DNA of 52,527 nt from Hydrurus foetidus (lineage: Eukaryota). Positions 35,201 through 48,500 of the stretch are shown piece after piece. Location of the stretch: NCBI GenBank assembly GCA_900617105.1, contig UYFQ01000149.1, forward strand, positions 1 to 52,527, in the 5' to 3' direction. The position numbers and the translations under genes were made by a program. Below the pieces are notes generated by a model. That model worked only from the letters and a program-made list of their open reading frames with translations, was not told the origin of the DNA and did not search any database. Position 1 is the first letter of the stretch, and every line of letters starts with the position of its first letter.

Positions 35201-38200
35201 ATGTCAATGTAGATGTCACAGTAGATGTCACAGTAGATGTCACTGTAGATGTCACAGTAGATGTCACTGTAGATGTCACTGTAGATGTCACAGTAGATGT
35301 CACTGTAGATGTCACTGTAGATGTCACAGTAGATGTCACTGTAGATGTCATGTAGATGTCACAGTAGATGTCACTGTAGATGTCACAGTAGATGTCACTG
35401 TAGATGTCACTGTAGATGTCACAGTAGATGTCACTGTAGATGTCACTGTAGATGTCACTGTAGATGTCACAGTAGATGTCACTGTAGATGTCACAGTAGA
35501 TGTCACAGTAGATGTCATGTAGATGTCACTGTAGATGTCACAGTAGATGTCACTGTAGATGTCACTGTAGATGTCACTGTAGATGTCACAGTAGATGTCA
35601 CTGTAGATGTCACTGTAGATGTCACAGTAGATGTCACAGTAGATGTCACAGTAGATGTCACAGTAGATGTCACTGTAGATGTCACAGTAGATGTCACTGT
35701 AGATGTCACAGTAGATGTCACAGTAGATGTCACTGTAGATGTCACTGTAGATGTCACTGTAGATGTCATGTAGATGTCACAGTAGATGTCACTGTAGATG
35801 TCACTGTAGATGTCACAGTAGATGTCACTGTAGATGTAGATGTCACTGTAGATGTCACAGTAGATGTCACAGTAGATGTCACTGTAGATGTCACTGTAGA
35901 TGTCACAGTAGATGTCACTGTAGATGTCACTGTAGATGTCACTGTAGATGTCACTGTAGATGTCACAGTAGATGTCACTGTAGATGTAGATGTCACAGTA
36001 GATGTCACAGTAGATGTCACAGTAGATGTCACTGTAGATGTCACTGTAGATGTCACTGTAGATGTCACTGTAGATGTCACTGTAGATGTCACTGTAGATG
36101 TCACAGTAGATGTCACAGTAGATGTCACTGTAGATGTCACAGTAGATGTCACAGTAGATGTCACTGTAGATGTCACAGTAGATGTCACTGTAGATGTAGA
36201 TGTCACTGTAGATGTCACTGTAGATGTCACTGTAGATGTCACTGTAGATGTCACTGTAGATGTCACTGTAGATGTCATGTCACTGTAGATGTCATGTAGA
36301 TGTCACTGTAGATGTCACTGTAGATGTCACAGTAGATGTCACAGTAGATGTCATGTAGATGTCACTGTAGATGTCACAGTAGATGTCACAGTAGATGTCA
36401 CTGTAGATGTCAATGTAGATGTCACTGTAGATGTCACAGTAGATGTCACAGTAGATGTAGATGTCACTGTAGATGTCACAGTAGATGTCACTGTAGATGT
36501 CACAGTAGATGTCACTGTAGATGTCACAGTAGATGTCACAGTAGATGTCACTGTAGATGTCACAGTAGATGTCACAGTAGATGTCACAGTAGATGTCACA
36601 GTAGATGTCATGTAGATGTCACAGTAGATGTCACTGTAGATGTCACAGATGTAGATGTCACTGTAGATGTCACTGTAGATGTCACAGTAGATGTCACAGT
36701 AGATGTCACTGTAGATGTCACTGTAGATGTCACTGTAGATGTCACTGTAGATGTCACTGTAGATGTCACTGTAGATGTCACATGTAGATGTCACAGTAGA
36801 TGTCACAGTAGATGTCACAGTAGATGTCACAGTAGATGTCACTGTAGATGTCATGTAGATGTCACAGTAGATGTCACTGTAGATGTCACTGTAGATGTCA
36901 CTGTAGATGTCACTGTAGATGTCACTGTAGATGTCACAGTAGATGTCACTGTAGATGTAGATGTCACAGTAGATGTCATGTAGATGTCACTGTAGATGTC
37001 ACAGTAGATGTCACAGTAGATGTCAATGTAGATGTCACAGTAGATGTCACAGTAGATGTCACAGTAGATGTCACTGTAGATGTCACTGTAGATGTCACTG
37101 TAGATGTCACAGTAGATGTCACAGTAGATGTCACAGTAGATGTCACAGTAGATGTCACAGTAGATGTCACATGTAGATGTCACTGTAGATGTCACTGTAG
37201 ATGTCACAGTAGATGTCACAGTAGATGTCACAGTAGATGTCAATGTAGATGTAGATGTCACTGTAGATGTCACTGTAGATGTCACTGTAGATGTCACAGT
37301 AGATGTCATGTAGATGTCACAGTAGATGTCACAGTAGATGTCACTGTAGATGTCACTGTAGATGTCACTGTAGATGTCACAGTAGATGTCACTGTAGATG
37401 TCACTGTAGATGTCACAGTAGATGTCACAGTAGATGTCAATGTAGATGTCACAGTAGATGTCATGTAGATGTCACTGTAGATGTCACTGTAGATGTCACA
37501 GTAGATGTCATGTAGATGTCACAGTAGATGTCACAGTAGATGTCATGTAGATGTCACAGTAGATGTCACTGTAGATGTCACTGTAGATGTAGATGTCACT
37601 GTAGATGTCACTGTAGATGTCACAGTAGATGTCACAGTAGATGTCACTGTAGATGTCACAGTAGATGTCACTGTAGATGTCACTGTAGATGTCACAGTAG
37701 ATGTCACTGTAGATGTCACAGTAGATGTCACTGTAGATGTCACAGTAGATGTCACAGTAGATGTCACTGTAGATGTCACTGTAGATGTCACAGTAGATGT
37801 CACTGTAGATGTCACAGTAGATGTCACTGTAGATGTCACAGTAGATGTCATGTAGATGTCACTGTAGATGTCAGTATGTCACTGTAGATGTCACTGTAGA
37901 TGTCACTGTAGATGTCACTGTAGATGTCACTGTAGATGTCACAGTAGATGTCACAGTAGATGTCACAGTAGATGTCACTGTAGATGTCACAGTAGATGTC
38001 ATGTAGATGTCACTGTAGATGTCACAGTAGATGTCACAGTAGATGTCACAGTAGATGTCACAGTAGATGTCACTGTAGATGTCACAGTAGATGTCACAGT
38101 AGATGTCAATGTAGATGTCACTGTAGATGTCACTGTAGATGTCACAGTAGATGTCACTGTAGATGTGTAGATGTCACAGTAGATGTCACTGTAGATGTCA

Positions 38201-41200
38201 CAGTAGATGTCACTGTAGATGTCACAGTAGATGTCACAGTAGATGTCACAGTAGATGTCATGTAGATGTCACAGTAGATGTCACTGTAGATGTCACTGTA
38301 GATGTCACAGTAGATGTCATGTCAAGATGTCAGTAGATGTCACTGTAGATGTCACAGTAGATGTCATGTAGATGTCACAGTAGATGTCATGTAATGTAGA
38401 TGTCACAGTAGATGTCACTGTAGATGTCACAGTAGATGTCACAGTAGATGTCACAGTAGATGTCACTGTAGATGTCACAGTAGATGTCACTGTAGATGTC
38501 ACAGTAGATGTCAGTATGTCACAGTAGATGTCACTGTAGATGTCACTGTAGATGTCACTGTAGATGTCACTGTAGATGTCACAGTAGATGTCACTGTAGA
38601 TGTCACTGTAGATGTCACTGTAGATGTCACTGTAGATGTCACTGTAGATGTCATGTCAGATGTAATGTAGATGTCACTGTAGATGTCACTGTAGATGTCA
38701 CTGTAGATGTCACAGTAGATGTCACTGTAGATGTCACTGTAGATGTCACTGTAGATGTCACAGTAGATGTCACAGTAGATGTCACTGTAGATGTCACAGT
38801 AGATGTCACAGTAGATGTCACTGTAGATGTCACAGTAGATGTCACAGTAGATGTCAATGTAGATGTCAGATGTCACAGTAGATGTCAATGTAGATGTCAC
38901 AGTAGATGTCACTGTAGATGTCACTGTAGATGTCACTGTAGATGTCACTGTAGATGTCACTGTAGATGTCACTGTAGATGTCACAGTAGATGTCACAGTA
39001 GATGTCACTGTAGATGTCACAGTAGATGTCACTGTAGATGTCACAGTAGATGTCACAGTAGATGTCACTGTAGATGTCACTGTAGATGTCACAGTAGATG
39101 TCACAGTAGATGTCACTGTAGATGTCACAGTAGATGTCACTGTAGATGTCACTGTAGATGTCACTGTAGATGTCACTGTAGATGTCACAGTAGATGTCAC
39201 TGTAGATGTCACTGTAGATGTCACAGTAGATGTCACTGTAGATGTCACAGTAGATGTCACTGTAGATGTCACTGTAGATGTCACAGTAGATGTCACTGTA
39301 GATGTCACTGTAGATGTCACTGTAGATGTCACAGTAGATGTCACAGTAGATGTCACTGTAGATGTCACTGTAGATGTCACTGTAGATGTCACTGTAGATG
39401 TCACTGTAGATGTCACTGTAGATGTCACAGTAGATGTCACAGTAGATGTCACTGTAGATGTCACTGTAGATGTCACAGTAGATGTCACTGTAGATGTCAC
39501 AGTAGATGTCACTGTAGATGTCACAGTAGATGTCACTGTAGATGTCACAGTAGATGTCACAGTAGATGTCACTGTAGATGTCACTGTAGATGTCACAGTA
39601 GATGTCACTGTAGATGTCACTGTAGATGTCACTGTAGATGTCACAGTAGATGTCACAGTAGATGTCACAGTAGATGTCATGATGTCACAGTAGATGTCAC
39701 TGTAGATGTCACAGTAGATGTCACTGTAGATGTCACTGTAGATGTCACTGTAGATGTCACAGTAGATGTCACTGTAGATGTCACAGTAGATGTCACAGTA
39801 GATGTCACAGTAGATGTCACTGTAGATGTCACAGTAGATGTCACAGTAGATGTCACTGTAGATGTCACAGTAGATGTCACAGTAGATGTCACAGTAGATG
39901 TCACAGTAGATGTCACTGTAGATGTCACTGTAGATGTCACTGTAGATGTCACAGTAGATGTCACAGTAGATGTCAATGTAGATGTAGATGTCACAGTAGA
40001 TGTCACTGTAGATGTCACTGTAGATGTCACTGTAGATGTCACTGTAGATGTCACTGTAGATGTCACTGTAGATGTCACAGTAGATGTCACAGTAGATGTC
40101 ACAGTAGATGTCACTGTAGATGTCACTGTAGATGTCACAGTAGATGTCACAGTAGATGTCACAGTAGATGTCACTGTAGATGTCACAGTAGATGTCATGT
40201 AGATGTCACTGTAGATGTCACTGTAGATGTCACAGTAGATGTCACAGTAGATGTCAATGTAGATGTCACTGTAGATGTCACTGTAGATGTCACAGTAGAT
40301 GTCACAGTAGATGTCACAGTAGATGTCACAGTAGATGTCACTGTAGATGTCACTGTAGATGTAGATGTCACAGTATATGTAGATGTCACTGTAGATGTCA
40401 CAGTAGATGTCACAGTAGATGTCACAGTAGATGTCACTGTAGATGTAGATGTCACTGTAGATGTCACTGTAGATGTCACTGTAGATGTCACTGTAGATGT
40501 CACAGTAGATGTCACTGTAGATGTCACTGTAGATGTCACAGTAGATGTCACAGTAGATGTCAATGTAGATGTCACAGTAGATGTCATGTAGATGTCACAG
40601 TAGATGTCACTGTAGATGTCACAGTAGATGTCACTGTAGATGTCACAGTAGATGTCACAGTAGATGTCACTGTAGATGTCAATGTAGATGTCACTGTAGA
40701 TGTCACAGTAGATGTCACTGTAGATGTCACAGTAGATGTCACTGTAGATGTCACTGTAGATGTCACAGTAGATGTCACAGTAGATGTCACTGTAGATGTC
40801 ACAGTAGATGTCACAGTAGATGTCACTGTAGATGTCACAGTAGATGTCACAGTAGATGTCACAGTAGATGTCACTGTAGATGTCACAGTAGATGTAGATG
40901 TCACAGTAGATGTCACAGTAGATGTCACAGTAGATGTCACTGTAGATGTCACATGTAGATGTCACAGTAGATGTCACAGTAGATGTCACAGTAGATGTCA
41001 ATGTAGATGTCACATGTAGATGTCACAGTAGATGTCACTGTAGATGTCACTGTAGATGTCACATGTAGATGTCACTGTAGATGTCACTGTAGATGTCACA
41101 GTAGATGTCACTGTAGATGTCACTGTAGATGTCACTGTAGATGTCACTGTAGATGTCACTGTAGATGTCACAGTAGATGTCACTGTAGATGTCACTGTAG

Positions 41201-42200
41201 ATGTCACTGTAGATGTCAGTAGATGTCATGTAGATGTCACTGTAGATGTCACAGTAGATGTCACAGTAGATGTCACTGTAGATGTCACTGTAGATGATAG
41301 ATGTCACAGTAGATGTCATGTAGATGTCACAGTAGATGTCACAGTAGATGTCACAGTAGATGTCACTGTAGATGTAGATGTCACAGTAGATGTCACTGTA
41401 GATGTCACAGTAGATGTCACTGTAGATGTCAATGTAGATGTCACAGTAGATGTCACTGTAGATGTCACAGTAGATGTCACAGTAGATGTCATAGTAGATG
41501 TCACTGTAGATGTCACAGTAGATGTCACAGTAGATGTCACAGTAGATGCTACAGTAGATGTCATTGTAGATGTCACAGTAGATGTCACAGTAGATGTCAC
41601 AGTAGATGTCACTGTAGATGTCACAGTAGATGTCACAGTAGATGTCACAGTAGATGTCACTGTAGATGTCACTGTAGATGTCACTGTAGATGTCACTGTA
41701 GATGTCACAGTAGATGTCACAGTAGATGTCACTGTAGATGTCACAGTAGATGTAGATGTCACTGTAGATGTCACAGTAGATGTCACTGTAGATGTCACTG
41801 TAGATGTCAATGTAGATGTCACAGTAGATGTCACAGTAGATGTCTGTAGATGTCACTGTAGATGTCACTGTAGATGTCACAGTAGATATCACAGTAGATG
41901 TCACTGTAGATGTCAATGTAGATGTCACAGTAGATGTCACTGTAGATGTCACAGTAGATGTCACAGTAGATGTCACAGTAGATGTCACAGTAGATGTCAC
42001 TGTAGATGTCACAGTAGATGTCACAGTAGATGTCACAGTAGATGATAATGTAGATGTCGCTGTAGATGTCACAGTAGATGTCACTGTAGATGTCACTGTA
42101 GATGGCACTGTTGATGTCACTGTAGATTTCACTGTAGATATCACTGTAGATGTCACTGCAGATGTCACTGTAGATGTAGATGTCAATGCCATTGTAGATG
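29246..42200 (+). repeat. 12-bp satellite array GTAGATGTCAC(T/A), ~13 kb, highly homogeneous
   Basis: Continuous tandem repeat with two dominant variants; rarer GTCAAT, GATATC and GATAAT variants and 6-bp deletions; degenerate units at both edges. Confidence 0.99.
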
Positions 42201-42535
42201 TTATTGATGAGGTCAATTGCGCATCTATATTTCGCGTATTCATGATCATATTAGCATTCATGTCCAACATGTTCGTATCGATCATCCATATTCATCACAT
42301 ACATGAATTTATTGATCATACTCAAGTATATCTTTATGTACTTCATGTTTACAAGTTTGATTTATTACGTTTTACTCCAGGTTGATTTCGATGCTGAATT
42401 TTTTGATTAAATTGCAGAGGCAGATATCGATCCTGAATATTATTTATTGAATTGTATCATTGGCTGTTAGGCATGACTGTTCACATTGAGATATGTGTAG
42501 CTAAAATGATTTTTTAGTAATTGCGTTGTAAATTC
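42201..42535. other. Unique AT-rich spacer at the satellite inversion point
   Basis: About 335 bp of non-repetitive sequence between oppositely oriented arrays. Confidence 0.9.
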
Positions 42536-45500
42536 TGACATCTAAATCTATCTTCTGTGATCTACTCTGACTTCTAAATCTACAGTGACATCTACAGTGA
42601 CATCAACAGTGACATCTACAGTGACATCTACATTGACATCTACAGTGACATCTACAGTGACATCTACAGTGATATCTACAGTGACATCTACTGTGACATC
42701 TACTGTGACATCTACTGTGACATCTACAGTGACATCTACTGTGACATCTACTGTGACATCTACAGTGACATCTACAGTGACATCTACATGACATCTACAG
42801 TGACATCTACATCAACAGTGACATCTACATTATCAGCTACTGTGACATCTACTGTGACATCTACATTTCTACATCTACAGTACCACTTACAGTGATATCT
42901 ACATTGGCATCTACAGTGACATCTACAGTGACATCTACAGTGACATCTACAGTGATATGACAGTGATATCTACAGTGACATCTACAGTGACATATACAGT
43001 GTCATCTACAGTCTAGTGACATCTACATCTACTGTGACATCTTCAGTAACATCTTCTGTGATCTACTCTGACTTCTAAATCTACAGTGATATCGAATGTG
43101 ACATCTACATTACATCTACTGTGACATCTACAGTGACATCTACAGTGACATCTACAGTGACATCTACAGTGACATCTACCTTGACATCTACATCTACAGT
43201 GACATCTACAGTGACATCTACTGTGACATCTACAGTGACATCTACTGTGACATCTACATCTACAGTGACATCTACTGTGACATCTACAGTGACATCTACA
43301 GTGACATCTACAGTGACATCTACAGTGACATCTACATTGACATCTACATCTACAGTGACATCTACAGTGACATCTACATTGACATCTACTGTGACATCTA
43401 CTGTGACATCTACAGTGACATCTACAGTGACATCTACTGTGACATCTACAGTGACATCTACTGTGACATCTACTGTGACATCTACAGTGACATCTACAGT
43501 GACATCTACAGTGACATCTACAGTGACATCTACAGTGACATCTACAGTGACATTTACAGTGTCATCTACAGTCTAGTGAGATCTACATCTACAGTGACAT
43601 CTTTAGTTACATCTTCTGTGATCTACTCTGACTTCTAAATCTACAGTGACATCTACAGTGATATCTACCTTGACATCTACAGTGACATCTACAGTGATAT
43701 CTACAGTGACATCTACAGTGATATCTACAGTTACATCTACTGTGATATCTACCTTGACATCTACAGTGACATCTACTGTGACATCTACATTGACATCAAC
43801 GGTGATTTCTACTTTTACTTCTACATTGACATCTACATCAACAGGGACATCTACATTATCAGCTACTGTGACATCTACTGTGACATCTACAGTGACATCT
43901 ACAGTGACATCTACAGTGACATCTACAGTGACATCTACAGTGACATCTACAGTGACATCTACAGTGACATCTACAGTGACATCTACAGTGACATCTACTG
44001 TGACATCTACAGTGACATCTACAGTGACATCTACAGTGACATCTACATTGACATCTACGGTGATATCTACTTTGACTTCTACATTGACATCTACATCAAC
44101 AGTGACATCTACATTATCAGCTACTGTGACATCTACTGTGACATCTACATTTCTACATCTACAGTACCACTTACAGTGATATCTACATTGGCATCTACAG
44201 TGACATCTACAGTGACATCTACAGTGATATGAGCCGTGATATCTACAGTGACTTCTACAGTGACATTTACAGTGTCATCTGCAGTCTAGTGACATCTACA
44301 TCTACTGTGACATCTTCAGTAACATCTTCTGTGATCTACTCTGACATATAAATCTACAGTGACATCTACTGTGACATCTAAATCTACAGTGACATCTACA
44401 GTGACATCTACATTATCATCTACTGTGACATCTACTTTGACATCTACAGTGACATCTACTGTGACATCTACAGTGACATCTACAGTGACATCTACAGTGA
44501 CATCTACAGTGACATCTACTGTGACATCTACTGTGACATCTACTGTGACATCTACAGTGACATCTACTGTGACATCTACAGTGACATCTACAGTGACATC
44601 TACAGTGACATCTACATTACATCTACATGACATCTACAGTGACATCTACAGTGACATCTACTGTGACATCTACTGTGACATCTACAGTGACATCTACAGT
44701 GACATTGACATTGACATCTACTGTGACATCTACATCTACTGTGACATCTACTGTGACATCTACAGTGACATCTACTGTGACATCTACTGTGACATCTACA
44801 GTGCCACTTACAGTGACATCTACAGTGACATCTACCGTGATATCTATAGTGACATCTACAGTGACATTTACAGTGTCATCTACAGTCTAGTGAGATCTAC
44901 ATCTACAGTGACATCTTTAGTTACATCTTCTGTGATCTACTCTGACTTCTAAATCTACAGTGACATCTACTGTGACATCTAAATCTACAGTGACATCTAC
45001 AGTGATATCAACATTATCATCTACTGTGATATCTCCTTTTACATCTACAGTGACATCTACTGTGACATCTACAGTGACATCTACTGTGACATCTACAGTG
45101 ACATCTACTGTGACATCTACAATGACATCTACAGTGACATCTACAGTGATATCTACAGTGACATCTACTGTGACATCTACAGTACCACTTACAGTGACAT
45201 CTACTGTGACATCTACAGTGACATCTCCTGTGATCTACTCTAACTTCTAAATCTACAGTGACATCTACATTGACATCAACGGTGATTTCTACTTTGACTT
45301 CTACATTGACATCTACATCAACAGTGACATCTACATTATCAGCTACTGTGACATCTACTGTGACATCTACATTTCTACATCTACAGTACCACTTACAGTG
45401 ATATCTACATTGGCATCTACAGTGACATCTACAGTGACATCTACAGTGATATGAGCCGTGATATCTACAGTGACTTCTACAGTGACATATACAGTGTCAT

Positions 45501-48500
45501 CTGCAGTCTAGTGACATCTACATCTACTGTGACATCTTCAGTAACATCTTCTGTGATCTACTCTGACTTCTAAATCTACAGTGACATCTACTGTGACATC
45601 TAAATCTACAGTGACATCTACAGTGACATCTACAGTTACATACATCTACAGTGACATCTACAGTGACATCTACCGTGACATCTACAGTGACATCTACATC
45701 TACAGTGACATCTACTGTGACATCTACTGTGACATCTACATGACATCTACACTACATCTACTGTGACATCTACTGTGACATCTACATCTACTGTGACTTC
45801 TAAATCTACAGTGACATCTAAATCTACAGTGACATCTACAGTGACATCTACTGTGACATCTACCTTGACATCTACAGTGACATCTACAGTGGCACCTACA
45901 GTGACATCTACAGTGACATCTACTGTGACATCTATAGTGACTTCTACAGTGACATTAACAGTGTCATCTGCAGTCTAGTGACATCTACATCTACAATGAC
46001 ATCTTTAGTTACATCTTCTGTAATCTACTCTGACTTCTAAATCTACAGTGACATTTACTGTAACATCTAAATCTACAGTGACATCTACAGTGACATCAAC
46101 AGTGACATCTACTGTGATATCTACATTGGCATCTACATTGACATCTACAGTGACATCTACAGTGACAACATCTACAGTGACATCTACTGTGACATCTACA
46201 GTGACATCTACAGTGATATCTACCTTGACATCTACAGTGACATCTACTGTGACATCTACTGTGACATCTACAGTACCACTTACAGTGTCATCTACTGTGA
46301 CATCTTCAGTAATATCTTCTGTGATCTACTCTGACTTCTAAATCTACAGTGACATTTACTGTGACATCTAAATCTACAGTGAGATCTACAGTGACATCTA
46401 CTGTGACATCTACAGTGACTTCTACAGTGACATCTACAGTACCACTTACAGTGACATCTACTGTGACATCTTCAGTGACATCTCCTGTGATCTACTCTGA
46501 CCTCTAAATCTACAGTGACATCTACAGTGACATCTACAGTGACATCTACAGTGATATCTACTTTGACATCTACATTGACATCTACATCTACAGTGACATC
46601 TACATTATCATCTACTGTGACATCTACTGTGACATCTACTGTGACATCTACATTGACATCTACAGTGACATCTACAGTGACATCTACATTGACATCTACA
46701 GTGACATCTACAGTGACATCTACAGTGACATCTACAGTGATATGAGCCGTGATATCTACAGTGACTTCTACAGTGACATATACAGTGTCATCTGCAGTCT
46801 AGTGACATCTACATCTACTGTGACATCTTCAGTAACATCTTCTGTGATCTACTCTGACTTCTAAATCTACAGTGACATCTACAGTGACATCTACTGTGAC
46901 ATCTAAATCTACAGTGACATCTACTGTGACATCTAAATCTACAGTGACATCTACAGTGATATCTACAGTGATATCTATAGTGACTTCTACAGTGACATCT
47001 ACAGTACCACTTACAGTGACATCTACTGTGACATCTTCAGTGACATCTCCTGTGATCTACTCTGACCTCTAAATCTACAGTGACATCTACATTGACATCA
47101 ACGGTGATTTCTACTTTGACTTCTACATTGACATCTACATCAACAGTGACATCTACATTATCAGCTACTGTGACATCTACTGTGACATCTACATTTCTAC
47201 ATCTACAGTACCACTTACAGTGATATCTATCTTGGCATCTACAGTGACATCTACAGTGACATCTACAGTGACATCTACAGTGATATCTACAGTGATATCT
47301 ACAGTGACTTCTACAGTGACATATACAGTGTCATCTGCAGTCTAGTGACATCTACATCTACTGTGACATCTTCAGTAACATCTTCTGTGATCTACTCTGA
47401 CTTCTAAATCTACAGTGACATCTACTGTGACATCTAAATCTACAGTGACATCTACAGTGACATCTACAGTGACATCTACTGTGACATCTACAGTGACATC
47501 TACAGTGACATCTACAGTGACATCTAAAAGGACATCTACATATACTTTGACATCTACAGTGACATCTACAGTGACATCTACAGTGACATCTACTGTGACA
47601 TCTTCAGTGACATCTCCTGTGATCTACTCTGACTTCTAAATCTACAGTGACATCTACAGTGACATCAACGGTGATTTCTACTTTGACTTCTACATTGACA
47701 TCTACATCAACAGTGACATCTACATTATCAGCTACTGTGACATCTACTGTGACATCTACATTTCTACATCTACAGTACCACTTACAGTGATATCTATCTT
47801 GGCATCTACAGTGACATCTACAGTGACATCTACAGTGATATGAGCCGTGATATCTACAGTGACTTCTACAGTGACATATACAGTGTCATCTGCAGTCTAG
47901 TGACATCTACATCTACTGTGACATCTTCAGTAACATCTTCTGTGATCTACTCTGACATATAAATCTACAGTGACATCTACTGTGACATCTAAATCTACAG
48001 TGACATCTACTGTGACATCTAAATCTACAGTGACATCTACAGTGACATCTACAGTGACATCTACATTATCATCTACAGTGACATCTACAGTGACATCTAC
48101 TGTGACATCTACTGTGACATCTACAGTGACATCTACTGTGATCTACTCTGACCTCTAAATCTACAGTGACATCTACTGTGACATCTAAATCTACAGTGAC
48201 ATCTACAGTGACATCTACAGTGACATCTACTGTGACATCTACATGATCATCTACTGTGACATCTACATTTCTACATCTTACTAAGTACATCTACAGTGAC
48301 ATCTACATTGACATCTACAGTGACATCTACAGTGACATCTACAGTGATATCTACTGTGACATCTACATTGACATCTACATCAACAGTGACATCTACATTA
48401 TCATCTACTGTGACATCTACTGTGACATCTACAGTGACATCTACAGTGATATCTACAGTGACATCTACAGTGACATCTACAGTGACATCTACAGTGACAT

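Noticed and set aside
29221..42045. Cys/His-rich (CRCH)n and (DIYS/C)n ORFs as metal-binding proteins
   Set aside because: They are alternative frames of the 12-bp satellite, and the common variant is non-synonymous (C/S) in them.
43046..43086. GTAAC...CTGAC...CTACAG in the right-array landmark as a repeated mini-intron
   Set aside because: The donor is weak, CTACAG is simply part of the satellite monomer, and removing it does not remove the upstream in-frame TAG.
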